From: a virus
Length of the DNA: 64,000 nucleotides
Virus record (IMG/VR): IMGVR_UViG_3300021963_009201
Coordinates: 1-64,000 of that record
Strand: one strand, 5' to 3'
In this document: one piece after another, positions 31,520 to 41,700 of the stretch
Layout of the letters: each line of letters starts with the position of its first letter
How positions within the stretch are numbered: the first letter of the stretch is position 1
The notes under the pieces: model-generated
The model's input: only the letters and a program-made list of their open reading frames with translations
The model's database searches: none
What the model was told of the DNA's origin: nothing
Translations under genes and position numbers: made by a program

Positions 31520-32109
31520 TGCCAGAAGGTCTTGATGAATTAATTAAAATTCATAAAGAAAAATATGGCAAAGTTTTTTCTGTACCAATAAACGCAAAAG
31601 TAGAATGTGTATTTCGCCCCTTAACTGTTCATGAATACGAAAGAATAGAAGGAGATAATACTTTAAGTACGACAGAAGTGGAAGATCGTATTGTTTCTAC
31701 TTGCGTTTTTTGGCCGTTAAATTTTAATATCAATGACTTGCAGGCGGGTATCATAACATCTCTTTCCGAAGAGATATTGGAGAGTTCCAGTTTTTCTGAT
31801 GCACGAGTTGCGCAGCAGGCTCTGATGTCTGCCCGTAGCAAGGCAAACACTATTACTAGTATCATGAAAACGGCAGTTCTAGCATTGAAAGATACAATTG
31901 GTTATACGTTAGACGATTTAAATAATATGACTTTTGAGCAGCTTTGTGACGCAGTCACTCTTGCGGAACAAATTATTAAAATAAAGAAAACAATTTACGA
32001 TCCATCTGTAGAACTAGAGATATCCTTTGGTATTGAAGAAGAAGCGGAAAGCGTCCCATCTGAAGATTTAACTGCGCTAAAACTTCAACAAGCTTTATAC
32101 GGCGGCTAA
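31519..32109 (+). CDS. Tail assembly chaperone-like protein 2 (paralog of 1)
   Basis: KEKYGKVF...FRPL...EY...CV.WP...AG.I..L...I...S.F aligns with chaperone 1. Confidence 0.65.
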   Translation: MPEGLDELIKIHKEKYGKVFSVPINAKVECVFRPLTVHEYERIEGDNTLSTTEVEDRIVSTCVFWPLNFNINDLQAGIITSLSEEILESSSFSDARVAQQALMSARSKANTITSIMKTAVLALKDTIGYTLDDLNNMTFEQLCDAVTLAEQIIKIKKTIYDPSVELEISFGIEEEAESVPSEDLTALKLQQALYGG

Positions 32110-32119
32110 GGAGTAGCCC

Positions 32120-35100
32120 GTGATTAGAGATCAGGGCCCGATATACAACTTAGGATACGGTGTCAACAGTAGGAGCCTCCCAAGATGGGAGGGCTCTGAA
32201 GAAGAACAACGTGGCGCCAACCCAAATTCGGGCGTAATCTCAAAGATGTTGAACAAAAACCCTGCCATGAAGTTTGTCGCGGCGAGTGCTGCGACAATGC
32301 TTGTGGGAGCGGTCGCAACCAGTGTTGTTCGTGGTAGTGGTGTAAAATTATTCTCTAAATTAGAAGATATCAATAAGCCTTGGGCTTCACAGATGATATC
32401 GGACATGAAGAGCGTCAGGGAGCAGTTGGACGCGTTCCAGGGCGTTACTAGGTCCTATGGCCAGGGTGATCCATTGCCTGGTCAGCTTTATGGTCGCAAG
32501 ATCCTTGATAATGGATCAACAGCGATAGATACTGGCGAAGTTAATAAGACAAGTTCTTATTTTATAACAAGGGACGAAAGGTTAAAGGCCCTTCGAACCG
32601 GCAGGACGCCACCTGCGGCCTGGAGCATGGCCGATGAGATACAATCGAGATTGGTTGCATCTGCGCGCAGAATGCCTTATGAACTTCCGGCATTTTATCT
32701 AGCGCACAAGACTGTCGTCAACCCACTAATGGGTGGAGAGCAGGACCCAAAAAAGAAAGTTAACTGGTTTAATCCATTAGATGTGGTTTCTGACTTCTTT
32801 GTCGAAAGCGCTAAGATGGCCACAACAATGATGTTGCCATTTGAGGCTGGAACTGCAGCTTCTAAGCAGGGTTGGCGCAGGTTTATGACTTACGGCGATG
32901 ATCTCGCCCAGCCAACGGCATCTCAACAAACGTTTAGGACCGGCGTGCTTTCTATGAAGGCGCTACTCGGGCAGGTTGGTGCGGATGCTGTTGATGTAAC
33001 TAATAAAGTACTAAACTTTTCATCAAGGTCGACTGGCGCACTTTCGGCTGGCCTCAATGCTGCGGCTGGCACAGAAAAAGGCTTAGTACAGTACTTTCAT
33101 AGCATTAGGCATGGTACCACCGATTGGGCCCAGTTATCTGCCGTTCAGAAGGCCAAGAATCTTGTCACAAACGCTTCCCTTATGGATGCAGCACCCGGGC
33201 CATTCAAGGGCTTCACAACGGGATTAAGGGCCGCTGACCAAGAGTACAAGAAAATACTAGCCTCACAGGAAGCTTATAAGCAGTTTCTTTCACTTGGGCC
33301 TAGAGGCTTTGACAGTGTTGCCGGAAATCCGGTTACTGCTGCGAGAAAAAACTTTTTTGCTAAAAAATTAGAAACATTAGGAGTACTTCAAACCTCATCA
33401 AATCCGTATGGCTCCATGAAGGAAGCACTATCTGAGCATCTTTCTAAGACTAGCCATGGTATGCAGAGTACCGTGCGGGAGTGGGGGTTGTTTAAGCACG
33501 GTCGCCCCGCGCTAACACCTAGCGCAAATACCGGAATCAAGAACGGAACATTCTACAAGAATGCGATTGATGGTGAATATACGCGACTACTTAAGAGTAG
33601 ACTTATGCGTGGCCCTGGTGGTTTGGATCAAAAGTCTGCAGATGCGTTTGCTGCAAGCTTCAGGGTGGCAAGTCCGAAATCTGGGGCTGTAGATGACGCA
33701 TTAAGTTTGACACAAAGAATTAAACCTCACGGTAAGGGTGAACTTGGCGGAAATACTGAAGATGAATTTTTTGATAATCTTTTAAAACATCTGCGCAATA
33801 GATTACCGGAAGGCCAAGTAGGCCCATCGGCCAGGCAGTTAAAAGACGCTATTGCAAAAACTGATGCTACGTTTATGGATCAAGGCGTCCGCAAAATACT
33901 TGATGCAAAAGTCGGTGCACAGTTTAAGGCAATAGAGGACCAGATTCTGCCAAATATTGCCAAGGGTCAATTGAAGAGATTGCCTACTCCTTACGACTCC
34001 TTTAACCATTCGTACTTAAGTCCAGACGAAATTGCGTTTATGCAAAAAAACGTTGCAAGGTTGACAGGTTTAAACCTTGTCGCTCAGAATGGTCAACCAA
34101 TTTCGCATGATCTTGTAATTAGTCATCTCAGAAGTGCCAAGCTTGACCCTGAAAATATGTCAGTATTAAAGGGTATTCTTATAGATAAGAAGGTCATTAG
34201 CAAACCGTGGCAGCGGGATGGCAGAAATATATTTGGGCTTAAAAGACTTACTCTTGATAAGTCTGTAGAAAAAGGTATATTTAGAAATGGCCAATATGAT
34301 GAGTCTGATGCAAGAGACATAATCTCACGTATAGCTGCGGGAGACCCGCTTGCCGGTGCGGGGCAGTATGGTCTGCGCGGTGCCTGGGAGTCACAAACTG
34401 GGCAGGTACTTGACTTAAGCATTATTAAGCGTGGTATTACCAGGGCCGTAAATACGTTTGCTTCCGATTATCACATACCATTACTTAAGTTTAATCCGCT
34501 ACAAATGGCAAATTGGGTCGGTTCGCAAGAGATGCGGGATAAGGCTATGTTCCAGTTTATACCTGGGATGTCGAATCAGCCATTCTTGCGTGGGGCAAAA
34601 GAGACTGACGATTTTTACCTTTGGATGAAATCTGGACATAGGGGGTCTAAGGGTAAAGTATTCTCGATGTCGACCGGTAACGGTCAGCCGTTAATAAACG
34701 AACTTCAGGGGACATATAAGCCAAACTCAGCGACTAGGGGCGTAGTTGCAAAGCATGCTAGGTACGCTATAAAAGATGAGGGTTTCTCTCCAAACGGTAC
34801 TGGTCCAAATTCGACTATGGGAAGAATTAAAAAATTCTTTGATGTGTCAGAAGACGCCCAGGATTCGATATTTGGATATTTCTCTAGAGCTAGGAATAGA
34901 AGGTTTGATTTAAATAATAGGCAAACTTTCGCAAGACTATTGAGCGATGGGCAAATACCGGCGAAAGGCGGGGGAAGCTTAACACTTCAGCAAGCGATGC
35001 AGGACTCGGTGGCTTTCGAGGGCGCGGCAAAAGGCTTCATCGCAGAAATGGGTGCAGCTAATCTTTCTGACGATGTAGTAAATGCACTGAAAAACGCACG

Positions 35101-38100
35101 GACTGCTGCAGGTGAAGAATTCGCATTTACGAAAGCTTTGTCTTATGATGTAAGGGGGGGAGGTGCACAATTCCTTCCGGACGAGGTTGTATCCTTAACT
35201 TCGCTTAAGTCTTCAGGTCAACTAGAAGAATTTGGTCAGTTAATTTCTTCTGGCGACAAAGCATTGATGGGCTCATTAACTCAGGAGCAAAGACGCGTAC
35301 TCCAGTCCGCAAAGTCTGCGTACATAGATAGGTACTTAAAGAACGCCTATGGTCCCGGATACTGGGATAAAGTAGTAGGTAAAGGGACTAGCAGTAGGCT
35401 GGATGCGTATAAGAGGGATTTAGCCAAATACTTAACAGTTAGGCAAAATACCTTAAATAACCAAGAGTTTGGCGAACAACTCCCAGAGCTTTTGACTCAA
35501 ATACAAAGACTAAAAGGCACGGGTGCCTTTAATGCCTCACAAGCCACAGAGGCTAGGGCTGCACTCATGTCTATCCAGTATGACCTAACTGCTGCAAGCA
35601 CTTATGCTCGGAGTAACACGACCTACCAAAACCTTCGGGGCGCAATTGACAGGTTTGTTGCGGACGCACCAGTTTTGGGTACTCAAAGAGTTTTGCAAGA
35701 AATATCTTCAGGAAAACTTGGCACTTCGGGGGGCTTGCTTGGTAGGGTTCAGCCAATACTGCGTTCGCGGCTCGGCGCTTCTTCTTACGACTACGATGGA
35801 ATTGTTTTTAACCCATTTGCTAGTGATACTCTCCTTACCCCAACATTTTCTTCTACATTTTTACCATCACAAGGCGGCAATCCCTTTCGGGCATTAAAGA
35901 GCGTATCTGGAGTTAGTACTTATTCTGATCCGCAATCTTTTTCTGGCGCATCAGTTATACAGTCCCATTTAATTAGCCGCTTAAACAAACCATTTAGCGC
36001 TTTAGGGATAGGTGTAGACCCAACTGCCAATTATAAAGGCGCTTTAGACCTATACGCCCGTGGGCTTGTCGGCAAGAGGGTGTTGCCTATTGTTGCTGGT
36101 GGTACAGCCCTACTTACAGCTGATAGGACTATAGGCGGTTACGCAAATGGTAAGGACCAGTATGGGGATAGGGTTTATAGTCCGTTCTTCTTGGGTAAGG
36201 CGGCAGACGCGTATGTTGGTATGGGGTCTATTTTTGCGGGTATCACACCTGGCGGCGAAACTTCCGAAGATTATAAAAAGCGGATGGAGACTGGCGAGGT
36301 GCCAATCCGCGCTGGTCGCTGGTGGGCATTGGGAAATACCCCATTCAAAGGCGGAAGGATTCAGTATTATAGGCCGAACTGGTATAGGAGACTAAAGTCT
36401 GGATATACCTATACGGACCAAACATACGGCACTCCGATGGAGAGGGCTCTATACGGTTACGACTTCTCTCCGCTTCGTGCCATTGATCCGTACAGGTTCG
36501 AGCGTAAGCACTACTATGATCGCCCATATCCAGAAACTGGAGAATACTTTACTGGACCTTGGGGTCCGCTTACCTCCGCATTAAATATGACGGTGGGCAA
36601 AGTCTTAAAGCCTACCAAAATGATGCATGAGCAAGAAGTTGCTACTGGCTTAGCAAAATATGCACCAGTAGGTGATGCGGGCGCATACATACCACCAACC
36701 ACACAGTTTGCTTTAAATTCGGTTGGGTCTGGTTCCGGCTTTAGCTACGGTGGCACCACAATGGGTAGCACTACGGTTGGCGTAGGTGGGGCTAGAATAA
36801 CTGGATTTTCGTCAACAGTAAAAACCAATGCTCCAACAACTGGTTCAACGGGCGGCTCTGTGGGGTTGACTAGATCTTTCAACGCCCGACTCCAACAGGC
36901 GGGGCAATATTCACTATCTACAGGATCTGTTCAAGCAGCGCAAATGGTTGCAAACATAAACCAGCAATATGCGCAAGCAGCTTACTCCCCCGCTTATGGA
37001 ACCGTCAAACAAGAGGGGTTAATGGACCCAAGGATTATTGCAGGGGCACCACCCATTAGTCGCTCATCGCTGAAATTCCAGTCTTCTCAGCTAGCTTACG
37101 AAGCTCAAGAGTTGGCGGGTATTTATGGTTTTGCGTTCGGAGGTATACGTAGAGAATTAGGTCTTGGGACTCAAGATTACTCGCCAGATAGACCGGTCCT
37201 AGCGAGCGCGGGCAAAGCTTATGGGTCAACTAGGGCTTTCTGGGACCTTAATATAGGTGGTGTCGGAGATTTCCCTCTACCTATTGAAGGGAATATGTCT
37301 AACCTAGAGTTTTCGGAAATTGCACGAAGATTCATACCCAAAGAAAGAAAAGATGTTCAATACGTAAATCCTATTAAGAATGATATGGGAATTATGTATC
37401 CATGGTTGCCTGGAAGTGACTACTTTATAAATTTCAAAGAAGGCGATCCATACACCCACGTTCCTGAGGGCGAAATGCGGTTACCAGGTAAAGGTTATGA
37501 AAGATTTCATCGATTGAATTCTGACGCAACCGGTAAGTATGGCTTGGTTGACCAGTTTAAAGTCCTTGGTGATGTTGCACCATGGTCTCAAGAGTACCGG
37601 GAGCTTGATTCTGTTTTAGATAAAATGAATCTTGGTTCTAGGCAGCGCGAGATTATTCAGACTACTCGTGAACAAGTTGAAGCTAAAAAAGTAACCAATG
37701 AATTTACGCCGTATAAACACACTTACAATAATGACCCCACTGATAGCTTATTGAAAAATGTGGTAGGGCGGGTAAAAGAAAAAATTGAGCACTCGGATAC
37801 TTATTTTAATACGAAGTTCCTCCAAAAAAGGACAGCAGTAGAAGATTGGGAAAGAGATAACGTTTATGGCGCAACATTCCCGGAGTGGCAAAACCCGATA
37901 GACGATTTCTTGCAACCAATGATGAATAAGTCGACGCAGAGAGGACCGTTCCTTGCGGCAACAACGATGGGATTTGTTGGTTCGCTTTTTGGTAAAGGAC
38001 CTAAAGCTAAGGCTATTGGCGCATTTATTGGTGGTAGCGCAGGCTTTGCCGCAGGGTCCTATGGTAAAGCTTATGAAGCTATTACCGGTCGGCAGTTTAT

Positions 38101-38758
38101 GCCCGCAAGCCGTAAAAAAGAAATAGCCTTGGATGAATATACTGATATTTTGACATATGTTAAGAACATGCATTTGTCTGCTGCGGCCGAATCATCTGGG
38201 AATCAAGATTTAGCTGCGCAATTCATGAATGAAGCTAAACAAACAATGTATGGCGCAGATATATATCAAGGTAATCTTTCTCAGATAGCGCAAGCAATAC
38301 CAAAAAGGAAAAGGGAGCATTTTAAAGCAATGTTGGCTGCTCCTGTCGAAGAGCGTAAGCGAATACTTGATACTTCCGGAAGATTGGAACGCAGAATTTA
38401 TCAGGCCGCATGGGGAATGCCCGTAGAGAAGAGGCCAGACTTGGAAGAGTATTTCTCCGAAAGGGAACTACCTGAAGCTGGCTGGGAAGGATACAACCCT
38501 TCAACCTCCATGGATCAAATTAAAGTAAAGATTGGTCAAAGCATGGGTTTGGATTTATCAGAAATGGGTTACTATCCACAACAGATTAAGGAAGCTAATT
38601 TAGTTAATGCTTCCTACCCATCCTTCCGTTCCAACACCACAGGGACTGCTCAGAGGTTGCGTGAATTGATGAGAGCGCAAAATATTCAAGGGGATGTTAT
38701 TCCCGTGTTGACACCTTACGCCGGAGATCGGATTGAGTTACAGGCAGGGTTGAGGTAA
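32120..38758 (+). CDS. Tape-measure-like giant protein (2212 aa)
   Basis: Position right after the chaperones; Gly/Ala/Lys-rich and largely helical; hydrophobic Gly-rich segments (e.g. FLAATTMGFVGSLFG...AIGAFIGGSAGFAAG). Confidence 0.6.
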   Translation: MIRDQGPIYNLGYGVNSRSLPRWEGSEEEQRGANPNSGVISKMLNKNPAMKFVAASAATMLVGAVATSVVRGSGVKLFSKLEDINKPWASQMISDMKSVREQLDAFQGVTRSYGQGDPLPGQLYGRKILDNGSTAIDTGEVNKTSSYFITRDERLKALRTGRTPPAAWSMADEIQSRLVASARRMPYELPAFYLAHKTVVNPLMGGEQDPKKKVNWFNPLDVVSDFFVESAKMATTMMLPFEAGTAASKQGWRRFMTYGDDLAQPTASQQTFRTGVLSMKALLGQVGADAVDVTNKVLNFSSRSTGALSAGLNAAAGTEKGLVQYFHSIRHGTTDWAQLSAVQKAKNLVTNASLMDAAPGPFKGFTTGLRAADQEYKKILASQEAYKQFLSLGPRGFDSVAGNPVTAARKNFFAKKLETLGVLQTSSNPYGSMKEALSEHLSKTSHGMQSTVREWGLFKHGRPALTPSANTGIKNGTFYKNAIDGEYTRLLKSRLMRGPGGLDQKSADAFAASFRVASPKSGAVDDALSLTQRIKPHGKGELGGNTEDEFFDNLLKHLRNRLPEGQVGPSARQLKDAIAKTDATFMDQGVRKILDAKVGAQFKAIEDQILPNIAKGQLKRLPTPYDSFNHSYLSPDEIAFMQKNVARLTGLNLVAQNGQPISHDLVISHLRSAKLDPENMSVLKGILIDKKVISKPWQRDGRNIFGLKRLTLDKSVEKGIFRNGQYDESDARDIISRIAAGDPLAGAGQYGLRGAWESQTGQVLDLSIIKRGITRAVNTFASDYHIPLLKFNPLQMANWVGSQEMRDKAMFQFIPGMSNQPFLRGAKETDDFYLWMKSGHRGSKGKVFSMSTGNGQPLINELQGTYKPNSATRGVVAKHARYAIKDEGFSPNGTGPNSTMGRIKKFFDVSEDAQDSIFGYFSRARNRRFDLNNRQTFARLLSDGQIPAKGGGSLTLQQAMQDSVAFEGAAKGFIAEMGAANLSDDVVNALKNARTAAGEEFAFTKALSYDVRGGGAQFLPDEVVSLTSLKSSGQLEEFGQLISSGDKALMGSLTQEQRRVLQSAKSAYIDRYLKNAYGPGYWDKVVGKGTSSRLDAYKRDLAKYLTVRQNTLNNQEFGEQLPELLTQIQRLKGTGAFNASQATEARAALMSIQYDLTAASTYARSNTTYQNLRGAIDRFVADAPVLGTQRVLQEISSGKLGTSGGLLGRVQPILRSRLGASSYDYDGIVFNPFASDTLLTPTFSSTFLPSQGGNPFRALKSVSGVSTYSDPQSFSGASVIQSHLISRLNKPFSALGIGVDPTANYKGALDLYARGLVGKRVLPIVAGGTALLTADRTIGGYANGKDQYGDRVYSPFFLGKAADAYVGMGSIFAGITPGGETSEDYKKRMETGEVPIRAGRWWALGNTPFKGGRIQYYRPNWYRRLKSGYTYTDQTYGTPMERALYGYDFSPLRAIDPYRFERKHYYDRPYPETGEYFTGPWGPLTSALNMTVGKVLKPTKMMHEQEVATGLAKYAPVGDAGAYIPPTTQFALNSVGSGSGFSYGGTTMGSTTVGVGGARITGFSSTVKTNAPTTGSTGGSVGLTRSFNARLQQAGQYSLSTGSVQAAQMVANINQQYAQAAYSPAYGTVKQEGLMDPRIIAGAPPISRSSLKFQSSQLAYEAQELAGIYGFAFGGIRRELGLGTQDYSPDRPVLASAGKAYGSTRAFWDLNIGGVGDFPLPIEGNMSNLEFSEIARRFIPKERKDVQYVNPIKNDMGIMYPWLPGSDYFINFKEGDPYTHVPEGEMRLPGKGYERFHRLNSDATGKYGLVDQFKVLGDVAPWSQEYRELDSVLDKMNLGSRQREIIQTTREQVEAKKVTNEFTPYKHTYNNDPTDSLLKNVVGRVKEKIEHSDTYFNTKFLQKRTAVEDWERDNVYGATFPEWQNPIDDFLQPMMNKSTQRGPFLAATTMGFVGSLFGKGPKAKAIGAFIGGSAGFAAGSYGKAYEAITGRQFMPASRKKEIALDEYTDILTYVKNMHLSAAAESSGNQDLAAQFMNEAKQTMYGADIYQGNLSQIAQAIPKRKREHFKAMLAAPVEERKRILDTSGRLERRIYQAAWGMPVEKRPDLEEYFSERELPEAGWEGYNPSTSMDQIKVKIGQSMGLDLSEMGYYPQQIKEANLVNASYPSFRSNTTGTAQRLRELMRAQNIQGDVIPVLTPYAGDRIELQAGLR

Positions 38759-41700
38759 TGGTAGATTATAGCGATTTTGACCCAAGGATTTTACGTCAGA
38801 CACTATCTAAGATTAGTCAAAAGTATCCAACTTTTCAGTTCGATTTTCAAAACAATGTACCAACTATTCGTGTTGGTTCTGAAACTTATAATACCCCAGC
38901 GGAAGCGCTTGAGTATATTAAAAAAATTAATTTAACCCAATATGACGTATTTGACTCAACAATACCAAGCTATCTTAAGTCGGGGCAAGGTGCAAATAAT
39001 TTCTTAATGCTAGAGGAGTTATCTGAAACACTTGGCGTGCGCATAGAGCGCTTAGGCATGAAGTCGGCAAGCGTTAAGCAGATTGAAGCTATTAATGAAG
39101 TCTTTTCTACCGGAATGGATAGAGAAGGGCTTTTCTACGCAAAGAACGATAATGTTACAGGTTTAATATTTCATCAAAATGGTAAAAAATTAAAATTAAA
39201 TGAAATCCTAGATTTACTAGAAAACAAAGGTATCCATTTTGATGTTAGCCAAAAAACTTTTAAGCGTTTACGATTCTTGGGTAATGATTATAAGTTTAGT
39301 GCTTCTGGCCTAGATTTAAACGCTTACTTTTTTGAAGCCGCAAAGACGCAACGTGGCATGGATTTAATGAACAAGGCTGGTTATACTTTTTCTGATGGCG
39401 GATACAAGGTAGCTTCAAGTAGGCGTATAGGAGATATGAGCAACCTTGTCGGGAACGTAAGTGCCGAGTATTCTGGTCTGCCATCTGAAATGTCTATCAA
39501 AACGCAAAAAAATGTCTTAAAAGCATATAAGGAGTTAAACCTTGGCGGTGCCTTAAACACTATTCAAGATATATCGTCCTTAAGCGATTCAGACGTAACT
39601 AGGTATATGCTTCAATTAAGTAGTGATGAGATATTAGAGTCAGGTAAGTACATTGATTCGCTAAATATGGTGAGGCGCGCATTCGACGGCGCAGTTTACG
39701 CTAGGTCAAGCTTGGCTGGCAAGGTTGCTGAGCAGGCTATGCAAAGAGCCGCAAAAATGACTCAAGATATGAGTGACGACATCAAATCGGGCCGTCTGAT
39801 AGAAGGTAGTGTTGAGCACAAGTCGGCACTAAGAAAAATTGCTGCAACAAAAAGAAGTGCCGCAGAACTTGACCCAATAGTGAAGCATGGTGGTGTCTTC
39901 AATGTGAGGATAATGGGCTTCAATGACGTAAGTGCGGAAGATGAATTTGTAAATGCGATTTTTGGAGAAAATGTATCAAAAAAAGGCTTCTCGGGCCAGG
40001 TTAAAGGTAATGTTTACTTTGAGCCAGATAAACAGTTTGAAGAAGCGCTTATGTCACAGATGAAGGGTTACAACCAAGATCTTGTTGAGTATAGGGGTAA
40101 GCTTTACTCGATGGACGAAATGATAGCTACCCATAAAAACCTTGGTTTAGGGACAGTTATTACGGACGCCGGTATGTCAGGTCGGAATAGAAAACTTGTA
40201 CTAGATGAAATAGAACGCAAAGGTGGGACGGTTCTAAGTCCACGCTCAATAGATGTTGTCACCTCTAAGGAGGCTAGAACAGTAGAGGTTGGTTTCAGGC
40301 AGGGTAGCGCAATGGCCAACAGGGGCGCAGCTCTATCGATGGAGGTGCAAGCTTCTGGCACTAAAGTTTTTTCTGAAGCCCAGTCATTTTTTGCCGATTT
40401 TGAACTTTATGATATGGACGCAATACGTAGAACTAACATGCAATACGTCCAAAAGCAAATTGATTATGTTAAGACTGATAAGATATTAGACGACTATGCA
40501 AGATTTAGGACTACAGGGGAAAGCTCCGGTATACTTCGGCAGCTAGTAGATCAAGCTGACGGCATCCCTGGCGAAGCTAGTACTGTTAGGGCACAACAGT
40601 TATTGGACATGCTTGATCAGGGTATAGCGCCGTCGAAAAATCCGCTTTTTGCACAAATGTATACAAGTGCGGTTAATGAGTTTAATCCTCGTAAAGATAT
40701 GTTCCATCTTCTAATGCCAAACGTTTACCAGGCGCAATTCACTAATGAGCTTGGAAGGTCGTCTCAGGTAACGCGTGGTAGTATTTCTTATAAGAAAAAT
40801 CTTGGTTTCATACTTAACGATTTAGATTATGATAAATATTACAATGCATTTGGCGGTCCTGACTTTGACGATTTGCTCAGATCTCATCTAAAATGGGATC
40901 GTGGATCAGATTCTTTAATTGCAATAATGAAAAGAACGCCAAGTGCCTTAGGTGAAATAGGTGTTTTTAGCGTAGATCAAAATGATCAATTAATGGATGA
41001 GGTACTCAAGAATGCTGCTGAAGTAGACGATGCGATAAAGGGTCACATCGATAGCGTAAAATTGCTTGATGCTAAAATAAATATTAAAAGCTCTTTACAA
41101 GCAAGCGCTAATTCGGCGACTGGTGTAACTGGCGCAAATGCAATGCAAAACTTAAAAAGTTTATCAGCAGTTTCTGACATTGTTGCTAGCCCAGAAGTTG
41201 ACGCGCAAAGACTCGCTTCAATTATGGATGAAATAGATACTTTGGGCAGCCCAACAGATGATTCACTTCGCTATATTAACGATGCAATTGATTCCTTGGG
41301 AATAGGTGGTCAAACAGTTGAGGACCTAGAAGCAGAAAAAGCATTGTTACGTGGTGGTACAAGAAAAGATATTTTAAGAGATTATTTCGAGCGAACACAT
41401 AGCGCTATGGAATCTTCTGAAATAAATAAGATAAGGAATAGGAGTTTAGCTTTATCTGATGAAGCTTTGCAGGGAATAGCTAAATATGGTTCTGTTGATG
41501 AGCTGCTGGCAAATAGAATGTCTAGAATGAGCAACCAATTGATCACCGGTATTGGTGATGATTTTGGTTCCTTAACAGATGAGTCGATTGAGGCTCTTAC
41601 TAAAAGTTTTGGTGTTCTTGGCGAATATTCGAATCTCCGTATGGTCTTAGACTCCATGAAGCGAGTAAGTGACGAATTAGGTAACGCGCCAAATTTCGGT

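Noticed and set aside
31440-31521. Programmed -1 frameshift joining the two tail chaperones (lambda G/GT type)
   Set aside because: No canonical XXXYYYZ slippery heptamer before the stop (AGGGTTC is not one), and the two ORFs are full paralogs coupled by TGATG.
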